Shown here one piece after another: positions 45,042-54,284 of a DNA stretch of 64,000 nt (position 1 is the stretch's first letter; every line of letters begins with the position of its first letter). Below the pieces are notes generated by a model. It saw only the letters and a list, made by a program, of their open reading frames with translations. It was not told where the DNA came from and made no database searches. The translations under genes were made by a program, and so were the position numbers. Location of the stretch: assembly GCA_028867135.1 (NCBI GenBank), contig JAGWGW010000001.1, positions 53,598-117,597 on the forward strand, given 5' to 3'. This stretch comes from Candidatus Micrarchaeota archaeon. Its GTDB lineage: Archaea; Micrarchaeota; Micrarchaeia; Micrarchaeales; CABMGC01.

Positions 45042-48000
45042 ATGTCTTTCTTTGTACCGTTATTAATAGGCATATTGTCAGTGGTACTTCCTGGATATTT
45101 CCTTGCGCTGGCGCTGCTAAAGAAGACAGGAATGCCGATGTTCGAGATAGCGGCCATAGGTGTCATATTCGGTCTGCTGTTCCCTCCTGCGCTGACCTGG
45201 TTCGAGTCCTATTTCATGGATTTCGTGCACTTCTTTGCGTTCTCGGAGAGCCTCTACATTGTGAATGTTGCGGTGCTGACAGTCATAGGCATAGCGCTTT
45301 GCGTACAGCAGGGGGCCATGCGGGTCGGACTTCTTGGAAGAAGGTCTGAGCAGGAGCTCAAGAGCGAGCTGAACAGGGACTACAAGATAAGGCTGGCCTC
45401 GTTGCGCGGCAGGCTATCCGAGCTTGGAAGCGACGTCAAGATAATAAGGGAGCACCAGAAGGAGGAGGAAGAGCTTGCGAAGAGGCACAAGGATGAGATG
45501 GAGCTGATGAAGGATGCGGGCGCGGAGGAAAGGATGGGAATCGAGGAGCACCATCTCAAGCAGGAGAAGGAGCTGTTCGAGGAGCATGAGAAGGAGGAGC
45601 TGATGCTCATAGGAAACGCTGCTAAGAGCGCGGGTTGGTTCAGGAACGAGTATGTGTGGATCATCCTGCTTGCGCTTATGCTGGTCACTTTCGCGACCAG
45701 GATAGAGAACATAGGCGTTGCGTCGAAGTATTTCGAGTTCGACCCGTATTTCGACATGCTGAGCACAGGATACATAATAGTGCACGGGTATCAGCCTTAC
45801 TACGACCACTCGGCATGGCCCGTGGAGCCTAGCGGTACTCTTCACAGGATAGAGCCCATTGTTCCCTACCTCGAGGCGTTCTGGTACGACATCTCCAACA
45901 ATCCGCACGTAAACAGCGCATCTATAGACACCAACCTCATGAGCACGGTGAGCAGCTTCTATCCGCCTGTGGTCGCGGCTCTGCTGGTCTTCGTGGTCTT
46001 CATGCTCCTTTACCACCAGTATGGCAGGTTTCCCGCGTTGATCGGGGCGGCCCTTGCAGCAGCCATGCCTGCCCTTATAACTACGTTCATTGCTGGGGAG
46101 CAGCTGCTCGAGCCCTGGGGGATCTTTGCTATGTTCTTCTTCTATGCGTCCTACATGCTAGCTGTCAGCAACCCCAAGGAGAAGAGGTATGCTGTGCTTG
46201 CGGGCATCGCGTTCGCGTCGAACTTCCTTGGTGCGCATTATTACATTGTGCCGACCGCCATACTTTCCATCTACATCATACTGCAGGGAGTCCTTAACGT
46301 GCTCAGGAAGGAGGACAACCGCGACTTCTACGTGATGAACGGGATAGTCCTCCTCATCATCACGATAACGTTTGCGCTATACGATCCTTACGGTGGGACG
46401 CTGAACAGCAGGATACCTTATGTGCTGGGATTCATACCTGTCACAATAGCATTCCCTCTGTTCTCGTATCTTTTCATAGCGCTGTTCGAGCGGCTGCCGC
46501 TGGTCTTGGAGGAGAGGAAGGTACTGCCGAGGTTCACAGTGTACCATTATCTGGCGTTCCTGCTGCTGCTGGTCGCGGTGGTGACGCTGCTCGTGCTGTT
46601 CACCAGCCTCGGTAACTCTGTAAGAGGTTACATAGACATAAGCAAGAGGTTCACCACGCCTTCAAAGCCGTTGTTCATGACGGTCCAGGAGTACACGCCG
46701 ACGGGACCCAACTTCAATTTCGGAAGCGCTGGCTTCGGATTCATAGGCAGCATGTTCGGCGGTGTGTCCCTCTTCGTGTGGTTCGCGCTGATAATCTTCA
46801 CGGTGCTGGCACTGCTTGCAATATACTACAGGAACTCGAAGACCAGCATATTCGCTGTCGCAGCAGTGTGGCCGCTCGCGATAGCTGGCATGATCGAGAT
46901 AAAGTACCTGCCGCATTTCGGGGTGGGATACATAGTTGCGATAGGCATAATACTCGGGGAACTGCTGCTCATTGTCGGAAAGGAGCAGAAGAAGACCATG
47001 AAATACGCGCTATATGGGATAGGTGCAGTTATAGTGCTGTTTGAGATGGGGCCTCTGCTGCTGCAGGCTATCCCGGCCGCATTCAACAGCAACTGCGCGT
47101 CACTGTCGCAATACCAGAACAGCATAGGGCTGAGCATGTACTGCAACACGGTGCCCAACTACTGGCTCTCTGCGACGCAGTGGATGAGGAGCAATGTGGG
47201 GCCGCACGGGCCAAGGATACTCTCATGGTGGGATTACGGCGACTGGATAAACTGGTTCGGGAACAGCAACGCCGTGCTCAGGGGAGACAATGCCGTAGCG
47301 CAGGAGGACTATGACACCGCTGCCCAGTTCGTCTTCGGGCCTGCAGACGGCTACAACAGCTCCACACTTGCAGCCTTCATGGACAAGTCGCAGGCCAAGT
47401 ATGTCCTTTTCGACGACCAACTGTTGCCCAAGTGGGGTGCACTCAACTTCCTGGCATGCATAGACGTGAACCAGACAAGCATGGCGTACGCGTTTGCGCA
47501 GGGAAAGCCGCAGGGACAGCCTTACGCTCTTGGCACGTCGAACTGCGAGGTAACTCATGCGCCAGCGTATGTGGTCATACCCGTATCCACCAGCATAAAC
47601 AACTACTGCACCTTCTCCAATTCTAGCGTGCAGGCGATGAAGGGCGTCATACTCTCAGGGGGGTCATACCAGAACGCAAGCGTCTGCATACCGGTTACAT
47701 TCCTGCAGAACGCGTTCCTGAACGGCTATCTGGCTAATGGGGTCAAGACCTCTGTCTATTACGAGAACGGCACAAAGAGCAACATAGTCCTTGTGTCGGA
47801 CTTCTTCGGCGGAGTCAACTCTGCCGGAGGCCAGACCATCGTAAGCTTCGTCGCGCTCTATACGCCTAACGGGCCTAACGGCACGATAACAGATGCGCCA
47901 AGCAGGTTCTATGACTCAAACTTCTACAAGGGCTTCTTCCTAGGAAAGCTTCCTGGCTTGACGCTGGTGTATCCAGGCAACGTGGCCGGAGTCAATTACA

Positions 48001-48113
48001 TCAACTCTACGAACAAGATCATGATATTCCAGATTGATAACTATACCGGCTCTCTGCCAGCGCTCAATACCAAGCCACCGTGGATAAGCAACAACTATAC
48101 GATGCCTGGATAA
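45042..48113 (+). CDS. aglB: archaeal oligosaccharyltransferase AglB (STT3 family) with N-terminal extension
   Basis: WWDYG motif at 47226-47240 (ILSWWDYGDWINWFG). First-loop acidic motif FEFDPYFD. Many TM segments and a large C-terminal soluble domain. Confidence 0.9.
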   Translation: MSFFVPLLIGILSVVLPGYFLALALLKKTGMPMFEIAAIGVIFGLLFPPALTWFESYFMDFVHFFAFSESLYIVNVAVLTVIGIALCVQQGAMRVGLLGRRSEQELKSELNRDYKIRLASLRGRLSELGSDVKIIREHQKEEEELAKRHKDEMELMKDAGAEERMGIEEHHLKQEKELFEEHEKEELMLIGNAAKSAGWFRNEYVWIILLALMLVTFATRIENIGVASKYFEFDPYFDMLSTGYIIVHGYQPYYDHSAWPVEPSGTLHRIEPIVPYLEAFWYDISNNPHVNSASIDTNLMSTVSSFYPPVVAALLVFVVFMLLYHQYGRFPALIGAALAAAMPALITTFIAGEQLLEPWGIFAMFFFYASYMLAVSNPKEKRYAVLAGIAFASNFLGAHYYIVPTAILSIYIILQGVLNVLRKEDNRDFYVMNGIVLLIITITFALYDPYGGTLNSRIPYVLGFIPVTIAFPLFSYLFIALFERLPLVLEERKVLPRFTVYHYLAFLLLLVAVVTLLVLFTSLGNSVRGYIDISKRFTTPSKPLFMTVQEYTPTGPNFNFGSAGFGFIGSMFGGVSLFVWFALIIFTVLALLAIYYRNSKTSIFAVAAVWPLAIAGMIEIKYLPHFGVGYIVAIGIILGELLLIVGKEQKKTMKYALYGIGAVIVLFEMGPLLLQAIPAAFNSNCASLSQYQNSIGLSMYCNTVPNYWLSATQWMRSNVGPHGPRILSWWDYGDWINWFGNSNAVLRGDNAVAQEDYDTAAQFVFGPADGYNSSTLAAFMDKSQAKYVLFDDQLLPKWGALNFLACIDVNQTSMAYAFAQGKPQGQPYALGTSNCEVTHAPAYVVIPVSTSINNYCTFSNSSVQAMKGVILSGGSYQNASVCIPVTFLQNAFLNGYLANGVKTSVYYENGTKSNIVLVSDFFGGVNSAGGQTIVSFVALYTPNGPNGTITDAPSRFYDSNFYKGFFLGKLPGLTLVYPGNVAGVNYINSTNKIMIFQIDNYTGSLPALNTKPPWISNNYTMPG

Positions 48114-48122
48114 TGCGGTGTT

Positions 48123-49259
48123 TTGTTGAAGGTAATCATAGCACAGCCATACATAAACCTAAGGGGAGGAGTCGACAGGGTGATACTCAGGATAGCCGAG
48201 CATTACAAGGCGAAGATCCTGACCCTTGAATACGACAGTAGGAATTCTTTCGATGAATTCTCGAAGCTTGACATAGAGGTCGTGGGCAAGAAGGTGCCGT
48301 TGTCAGGGATGCTGCCCTACAGGGCATCGCAGGGCTTCAGGTACGGCTACAGCTTCTACAACATGAAGCTCGATGAAGACTACGACGTCATAAACGCGCA
48401 CATCTCGCCGAGCGAATGGATAAGGCACAGGAACGAGAGGGTGCTCTGGTACTGCCATACCCCTCCAAGGGAGGTCTACGACCTTTACGACACGAGGATG
48501 AAGGGCAGGGGCGCCAGGGAGAAGCTTGTCTATGCGGCGATGGCAAAGGCCTACAGGCTGATTGCGAACGGGGTGACAAAGGACATAGAGGAGATAGCCA
48601 CAAACAGCGAGACGACAAAGGAGCGGATTAGAAAGTACTACTCTAGGAGCGCAACTGTCGTGAACCCAGGAATAGACGCCAGAGGCTATGCGAACGGTGG
48701 CGACGGAAGGTTCTTCCTCTACCCTTCCAGGATACTCGTCAACAAGAGGCAGGAGTATGTCATAGACGCGTTCAGGAGATTCGCGAAGGCAAGCAAAGGC
48801 AATTATGAGCTTGTGATAGCAGGAAGCCTGTCAAATGACCCTGAGCACCAGCTGTACTACGAAAAGATAAGGGAGATGGCAAGGGGCCAGAGGATCCGCA
48901 TAATCAAGAATGCCAGCGAGGAGAAGCTCAGGAACCTTTATTCGACATGCTCCGCTGTGCTCTTCGCAGCTATGAACGAGGACTTCGGTTTCATACCGTT
49001 GGAGGCGATGGCGAGCGGCAAGCCGGTCATATCCGTCAACGAAGGCGGCCCGAGGGAGACGATAATCGACAACAAGACAGGCTTCCTTGTCGGCTCTCCT
49101 AAGGAGATGGCTGATAGGATGCTCTTTGTAACTGAGCACAAGGACATCGCGGAGAGGATGGGCAGGGAGGGCAGGAGGAGGGCCGAGAATGAGTACAGCT
49201 GGAACAGGTTCTTCGAAAAACTGGATCCCTTGATGAAGAGGGTAGCAAAGGGACGTTAA
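48123..49259 (+). CDS. GT4-family (group 1) glycosyltransferase
   Basis: EDFGFIPLEAMASGKPVI and E..G.LV motifs. TTG start, with no nearby ATG. Confidence 0.85.
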   Translation: MLKVIIAQPYINLRGGVDRVILRIAEHYKAKILTLEYDSRNSFDEFSKLDIEVVGKKVPLSGMLPYRASQGFRYGYSFYNMKLDEDYDVINAHISPSEWIRHRNERVLWYCHTPPREVYDLYDTRMKGRGAREKLVYAAMAKAYRLIANGVTKDIEEIATNSETTKERIRKYYSRSATVVNPGIDARGYANGGDGRFFLYPSRILVNKRQEYVIDAFRRFAKASKGNYELVIAGSLSNDPEHQLYYEKIREMARGQRIRIIKNASEEKLRNLYSTCSAVLFAAMNEDFGFIPLEAMASGKPVISVNEGGPRETIIDNKTGFLVGSPKEMADRMLFVTEHKDIAERMGREGRRRAENEYSWNRFFEKLDPLMKRVAKGR

Positions 49260-49264
49260 ACGAT

Positions 49265-49693
49265 TCAGTATAATCCTAGCTTCTGCTTTATCCTGGAGCT
49301 CTTGTACCTCTTCGTCCTGTATCCTTTGATGGCTGCGACCCTTGCCTTTATGCCCATGTCCTTAAGCCTGGATTTGAGCTCCTTGACATCAGCCTGGTCG
49401 TATCCTATTGCAATAACATCGGGCTTCAGCCTTGAGAGTATGCCGTATATGCCGGCTTTTGTGGCTATCCTGTTGCCCAGCACTGCCTTGTCGACCAGGC
49501 CCAGTGAGCTCACCATTGCCAGCCTGTCCCTCTCGTTGAACAACGGCCTCTTTTTCTTGAACATCAGTATGCTGCTGTCCCTGGCCACCACCACGACTAG
49601 CTCCGTGCCGAGGGCCCTTGCGCCTTGCAGGTATTTTATGTGCCCCGGATGGAGTACATCGAAGGAGCCGAACGCTACAACCCTGCGCTTCAT
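49265..49693 (-). CDS. cytidylyltransferase-fold nucleotidyltransferase, probably FAD synthase RibL
   Basis: VVAFGSFDVLHPGHIKYLQGARALG.ELVVVVARD, 142 aa. The RibL versus PPAT/TagD-like distinction was not resolved. Confidence 0.68.
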   Translation of the reverse strand: MKRRVVAFGSFDVLHPGHIKYLQGARALGTELVVVVARDSSILMFKKKRPLFNERDRLAMVSSLGLVDKAVLGNRIATKAGIYGILSRLKPDVIAIGYDQADVKELKSRLKDMGIKARVAAIKGYRTKRYKSSRIKQKLGLY

Positions 49694-49778
49694 CCGACCA
49701 TCTTTTGACCGTAAACATATCTGTGTGCAACCCTATTAATCGTTATCCTTGACATCGGAAACCAAAACATTTGGGGTC

Positions 49779-49786
49779 TTATAAAT
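49779..49786 (+). promoter_or_regulatory. TATA-like box
   Basis: TTATAAAT lies about 25-30 nt upstream of the ATG at 49810, which is compatible with a leaderless archaeal transcript. Confidence 0.3.
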
Positions 49787-49809
49787 ATCTCGAAAGCGCA
49801 GCGTTGCTT

Positions 49810-50184
49810 ATGGCTCCTCGAAAATTAAGGCCTGAGAATGCGGTCCTGAGCGGTGTTCTGCCGGAAAGGCTGAAGCCTGAGATAAAGGGCAGGCTCGGCG
49901 CCGCGAGGGAAGCCATCAGGGCGGCCAACGGGATTGAGGACAGTGCAGGGATGTCAAGCGCAACATGGAGGAGCGTGGCCGTGGGGCACATAAGGCACGC
50001 GTTGGAGACCCTGCACAAAGAAAGCGGCCGTCTGGACATGCAGGCAAGGCATGTTGGTGACGACAGCGCAGGGCGCGCCGCCTTGCTTGATGAGAAGAGG
50101 GTCCTTGAGAGTGCTGCCGCAAGGATCGGCGCCATTGAAACGAGGCAGATAGGGAGGCTCCTTAAGGATTTGAAGCGGGCATGA
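49810..50184 (+). CDS. hypothetical Ala/Arg-rich helical protein
   Basis: Both strands are open here. The plus-strand product looks protein-like, while the minus-strand product is Ser/Leu-rich antisense-like. The segment is visibly more GC-rich than its flanks. Confidence 0.4.
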   Translation: MAPRKLRPENAVLSGVLPERLKPEIKGRLGAAREAIRAANGIEDSAGMSSATWRSVAVGHIRHALETLHKESGRLDMQARHVGDDSAGRAALLDEKRVLESAAARIGAIETRQIGRLLKDLKRA

Positions 50185-50318
50185 GTGCCGCCTTTTGACA
50201 TCGCCGGAGCAAGCTATAAAAAGCTTTTCAGTCATATATATGTTGTATATTGGATTTCAGAGTTTGTAATCGCAAAATTTGGAGTCTCCTACTTATACGC
50301 TTTAAATAAGGTGAGTGA

Positions 50319-51974
50319 ATGGCTGAGAATCAATTAGGAGGACAACAGTATCTCGTTTTGCCTGAAGGGGCAAGCAGGCTTCTTGGAAAGGAGGCGCAGA
50401 GGACGAACATAGCAGTCGGCTACGCCGTCGCGAGCATAGTCAAGACAACGCTGGGGCCGAAGGGCATGGACAAGATGCTCGTTAGCGAGCTCGGCGACAT
50501 AACGATAACGAACGACGGAGCTACGATACTCGAGGAGATGAACGTAGAGCATCCTATAGCGAAGATCCTTGTGGAGGTCGCGAAGACCCAGGACAAGGAG
50601 GTGGGGGATGGAACCACGTCGGCAGTTATAATATCAGGAGACCTGCTGAAGAACGCGGGCAACCTTCTGGACCAGGGGATCCCCCCAGCAGCGATAATAA
50701 AAGGGTACGAGATGGCGCATGCCAAGGCCGTTGAGATCCTCAAGGGAGTGGCGAGCGACGTGTCGATAGACGACCAGAAGAAGCTCGAGGAGATAGCGCT
50801 GATATCCATAGGCTCAAAGAATATAGGCAGCGAAGTCACGAAGAGGGCGCTGACAAAGCTCGTAATACAGGCCGTAAAGCAGGTTGCGATGAGGGATGGC
50901 AGCAAGGTAACGATAGACAGGGACTTCATAAAGCTGGAGAAGAAGGAAGGGGCGAGCATAGAGGACACGCAGTTCATAAACGGCGTGCTCATAGACAAGG
51001 AGGTTGCGCATTCGGGAATGCCGAAGAGCGCCAAGAACGGGGCGATAGCGCTGTTGGACATAGCACTCGAGATAGAAAAGACGGAGGTGGATGCCAAGAT
51101 AGAGATAACGTCGCCAGAGCAGATGCAGGCGTTCCTGAACCAGGAGGAGAAGATGCTCAAGGACATGGTGGAGAAGATAAAGGCAAGCAAGGCGAACGTC
51201 ATCTTCGTGCAGAAGGGCATAGACGACGTTGCGCAGCACTACCTTGCAAAGGCGGGGATAATGGCCGTCAGAAGGGTCAAGAAGAGCGACATGGAGAAGC
51301 TCGCAAAGGCGACCGGCGCAAGGCTGGTTACAAGCCTTGACGACCTTACCAACAAGGACCTCGGGTTCGCAGGAATGATAGAGGAGAGGAAGATCGCTGG
51401 AGAGCAGATGATATTCGTGGAAAAGTGCAAGGATCCCAAGAGCGTGACCATATTCGTAAGGGGAGGCACGAAGCAGACCTCTGACGAGGTAGAGAGGGCC
51501 CTCACAGACGTCATGGGATCGCTGATAAGCGCCATAGAGGACGGCAAGTACGTGAGCGGCGGAGGCAGCACAGAGGTCGAGATAGCGATGAAGCTCAGGG
51601 ACATGGCTACCGATGTAGGCGGAAGGGAGCAGCTCGCCATACAGGCGTTCGCTGACGCGCTTGAGGTGATACCGAAGGCGCTCGCAGACAGCTCCGGCAT
51701 GGACCCCATAGACACGCTGGTTCAGCTGAGGAGCAAGCACAAGGCAAAGGATGGGAAGTCCTTCGGAATAGACGTATACGGCAACAGGATAGCCGACATG
51801 GAGAAGATGGGCGTGATCGAGCCTATGAAGGTCAAGTCGCAGGCGCTGTCCAGCGCTACAGAAGCCAGCGTTTCAATACTTAGGATAGACGACATGATAA
51901 GCTCCAAGGGAAGCAGGCCGCAGGGGCCTGGCGGGCCTGGAGGAATGCCTGGCATGGGCGGCATGGAGGAATAA
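50319..51974 (+). CDS. ths: thermosome subunit (group II chaperonin)
   Basis: TLGPKGMDKML, ITNDGATIL, VGDGTTS and GGG..E, with the C-terminal GGMPGMGGM tail. Confidence 0.95.
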   Translation: MAENQLGGQQYLVLPEGASRLLGKEAQRTNIAVGYAVASIVKTTLGPKGMDKMLVSELGDITITNDGATILEEMNVEHPIAKILVEVAKTQDKEVGDGTTSAVIISGDLLKNAGNLLDQGIPPAAIIKGYEMAHAKAVEILKGVASDVSIDDQKKLEEIALISIGSKNIGSEVTKRALTKLVIQAVKQVAMRDGSKVTIDRDFIKLEKKEGASIEDTQFINGVLIDKEVAHSGMPKSAKNGAIALLDIALEIEKTEVDAKIEITSPEQMQAFLNQEEKMLKDMVEKIKASKANVIFVQKGIDDVAQHYLAKAGIMAVRRVKKSDMEKLAKATGARLVTSLDDLTNKDLGFAGMIEERKIAGEQMIFVEKCKDPKSVTIFVRGGTKQTSDEVERALTDVMGSLISAIEDGKYVSGGGSTEVEIAMKLRDMATDVGGREQLAIQAFADALEVIPKALADSSGMDPIDTLVQLRSKHKAKDGKSFGIDVYGNRIADMEKMGVIEPMKVKSQALSSATEASVSILRIDDMISSKGSRPQGPGGPGGMPGMGGMEE

Positions 51975-51994
51975 GGGCTTAGGGCCTGTTTGCT

Positions 51995-52597
51995 ATGACA
52001 AAGCTAATAATCTTCACCGGGACCCCTGGTTCCGGAAAGAGTACGGTGCTGTCGCATCTTCAGGCCAAGGGAGTCAAGGTCGTCAACATGGGCACCGAGA
52101 TGCAGGCGGTGCTTGCCGAGAAGGGGCAGACCCTCGACAGGGACAAGCTTAGGCTGCTGAGCAACGAGGATACGCTGAAGGCAAGGATGAAGGTAATAAA
52201 GAGGATCATAGACAGCAAGACGGACTCGATAATAGAGACTCATGCTTCCATAAAGCAGGGGAGCAGGTACATACCCGGATTCTCAATGGACGAGCTAAAG
52301 AGCATAAGGGTGACGGGCATAATATACATAGACGCAAAATCCGAGGACATACTGAAGAGAAGGACCGGGGATACGTCAAGGTACAGGGCGGACCTGGGGG
52401 TCACAGAGGCGGAGATAGACGAGCACAGGACTGTGAACATCGCGATACTGTCATCGTTCGCGCTGCATCTTGGCATACCGCTTTACATAGTGGAGAACGA
52501 GGAGGGGAAGATAAAGGATACGGTAAAAGAGGTGGACAGGATAGTGAAGGAGCTCTTCGGCGCCTTAGGAAGGGAGGAGAGCCTCAAGGCAGGCTAA
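51995..52597 (+). CDS. adkA: archaeal-type adenylate kinase
   Basis: IIFTGTPGSGKST P-loop, ETHASIK and RR...D.SR.R pattern. ORF length is 200 aa. Confidence 0.85.
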   Translation: MTKLIIFTGTPGSGKSTVLSHLQAKGVKVVNMGTEMQAVLAEKGQTLDRDKLRLLSNEDTLKARMKVIKRIIDSKTDSIIETHASIKQGSRYIPGFSMDELKSIRVTGIIYIDAKSEDILKRRTGDTSRYRADLGVTEAEIDEHRTVNIAILSSFALHLGIPLYIVENEEGKIKDTVKEVDRIVKELFGALGREESLKAG

Positions 52598-52648
52598 AGC
52601 ATTTAAATACCAGTTAATGCATATTGATGTTTATACGATGGTGAGATT

Positions 52649-53119
52649 TTGGACTTGCTGATTGTGATACCGCTTATTGCGCTTGTCTACGTTACCGCAA
52701 CGATAGTCGTGCAGAGGAAGGTATCCAACATAGAGAGGATGCGGGAGCTGCAGCAGGGGATGAAGGACAGGATGAAGGAGCTTAACTCCATGATAAAGAG
52801 CAACGCCGACAAGGCTGCGATAGACGCGAAGAACAAGGAGCTCTCTGCGATAGCCTCTGAGAACATGAAGCACACGATGAAGGCCAGCTTCATAATACTG
52901 CCGATATCGTTGATAGTCTTCTACTACCTGCTCCCGCTGGGCTTCGGCCACAGCACCTTCAGCCTTGACATACTGTCATTTAAGCTTAACTACCAGACAT
53001 ACTTCGTGGTCGTTGCGGTCATTGCGGGACTGGCCGCATCGGTGCTGCTCGGCGCCTACGACAAGAGGAGGCTTGCGAAGAAAGCGGCAGCAAACTCCGA
53101 AGCGTCGATGCCCGCCTGA
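52649..53119 (+). CDS. DUF106/EMC3-like membrane protein (archaeal Oxa1/YidC-superfamily candidate)
   Basis: TM1, then a coiled-coil (MRELQQGMKDRMKEL), then two more TMs. It holds the conserved position between adk and rpl34e/cmk. TTG start. Confidence 0.72.
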   Translation: MDLLIVIPLIALVYVTATIVVQRKVSNIERMRELQQGMKDRMKELNSMIKSNADKAAIDAKNKELSAIASENMKHTMKASFIILPISLIVFYYLLPLGFGHSTFSLDILSFKLNYQTYFVVVAVIAGLAASVLLGAYDKRRLAKKAAANSEASMPA

Positions 53120-53129
53120 AGGTGAAAAC

Positions 53130-53456
53130 ATGCCAAAACCGATGAATAGATCCAGAAGCATGAGAAGGCTAGACAGGGTAACCAGGAACAACAAGCACGT
53201 GATACACTTCGAAAGGAGGAAGGGCTCGGCGCCGCATTGCGCAATATGCAGGAGCGAGCTGAACGGGATATCGCCAAGGATGAAGTACAGGGGCAGGAGT
53301 ACGAGCAGCAATGCGAGGCTGTTCGGAGGCGTGCTCTGCTCCGGCTGCACCAGCAAGATAATCAAGCTTGCCAGCAGGATAGAGCATGGCGAGATGAAGA
53401 TCAACGACATAAGGATGACGGAGAAGGGATACGTGCTGCAGATGATTTCGCATTGA
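53130..53456 (+). CDS. rpl34e: ribosomal protein L34e
   Basis: MPKPMNRSRSMRRLDRVTRNNKHVIHFERRKGSAPHCAICRSELNGI. A GGTGA SD lies 5 nt upstream. Confidence 0.85.
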   Translation: MPKPMNRSRSMRRLDRVTRNNKHVIHFERRKGSAPHCAICRSELNGISPRMKYRGRSTSSNARLFGGVLCSGCTSKIIKLASRIEHGEMKINDIRMTEKGYVLQMISH

Positions 53457-53468
53457 TGGCTTGGTTCC

Positions 53469-53990
53469 ATGATAATAGCCATCTCTGGACTCACTGGTTC
53501 TGGAAAGACGACGATAGGGGAGAAGGTTGCAAAGGCCCTGAATGTCAGGTACATCTACACGAGCCACAAGCAGTCGGTCAAGGAGATAGCCGACGTTGTG
53601 AAGTTCACCAGGAAGGCCACCCCAGCATTCGAGAAGAGCTTCGATGCAAGGATCGTGGGCCTTGCGAACAGGCAGGACTGCGTGGTAACGACATGGATGG
53701 GGCCTTGGCTGATAAAAAAGGCTACGGCTAGGGTATGGCTCTACGCGAGCCTTGATTCAAGGGTCAGAAGGAAGATGAAGGAGGTAAAGATGAACTACAG
53801 CAGGACGAAAAGGTACGTGCTTGAGAAGGACAGGCTCAACATGAAAAGGTTCAAGAAGATTTACAACGTAGATATAAACGACCACGGCATATTCGACATA
53901 TGCATCAATACTGAAAGGCTCGAGGTCAGGCAGACTGTCAACATGGTCATTGCGCTTAGCGCTGAAAAGGATAGCAGGAAATTCAAATAG
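53469..53990 (+). CDS. cmk: archaeal cytidylate kinase
   Basis: IIAISGLTGSGKTT P-loop, 173 aa, in the conserved neighbourhood. Confidence 0.85.
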   Translation: MIIAISGLTGSGKTTIGEKVAKALNVRYIYTSHKQSVKEIADVVKFTRKATPAFEKSFDARIVGLANRQDCVVTTWMGPWLIKKATARVWLYASLDSRVRRKMKEVKMNYSRTKRYVLEKDRLNMKRFKKIYNVDINDHGIFDICINTERLEVRQTVNMVIALSAEKDSRKFK

Positions 53991-53997
53991 TGATTTT

Positions 53998-54273
53998 ATG
54001 GTGTTGCTGGAAGAGGGAAGGTTGTGCGTGAAGAAGCTTGGAAGGGACGCTGGAGACAGGGCGGTCATTACAAAGGTAATAGACGCTAATTTTGTGAGCA
54101 TAATAAGCTCCTCGAGGATAAAGGAGAGGAAGTGCAACGTGAAGCACCTCGAGTTCCTTTCGGAGAGGATAGACCCTGATAACAAGGAGCAGCTTGCAAG
54201 GGCCCTTGAGATAGAGGTTTCGAAGCTTGTTGGAGCGCCAAGGGCGCCTGCGAAGAAAGAGAGGAAGCAGTAA
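53998..54273 (+). CDS. rpl14e: ribosomal protein L14e
   Basis: KOW-like GRLCVKKLGRDAGDRAVI. ORF length is 91 aa, starting at the ATG after the cmk stop. Confidence 0.8.
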   Translation: MVLLEEGRLCVKKLGRDAGDRAVITKVIDANFVSIISSSRIKERKCNVKHLEFLSERIDPDNKEQLARALEIEVSKLVGAPRAPAKKERKQ

Positions 54274-54284
54274 GCCTCCAAGTC

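Noticed and set aside
50301-50308. TTTAAATA upstream of the thermosome gene, considered as its TATA box.
   Set aside because: It lies only about 11-18 nt from the ATG, so transcription would start inside the coding region. The SD-like AAGGTGAG follows it. More distal A/T-rich boxes (around 50214-50242) are better promoter candidates, but none is verifiable by eye.
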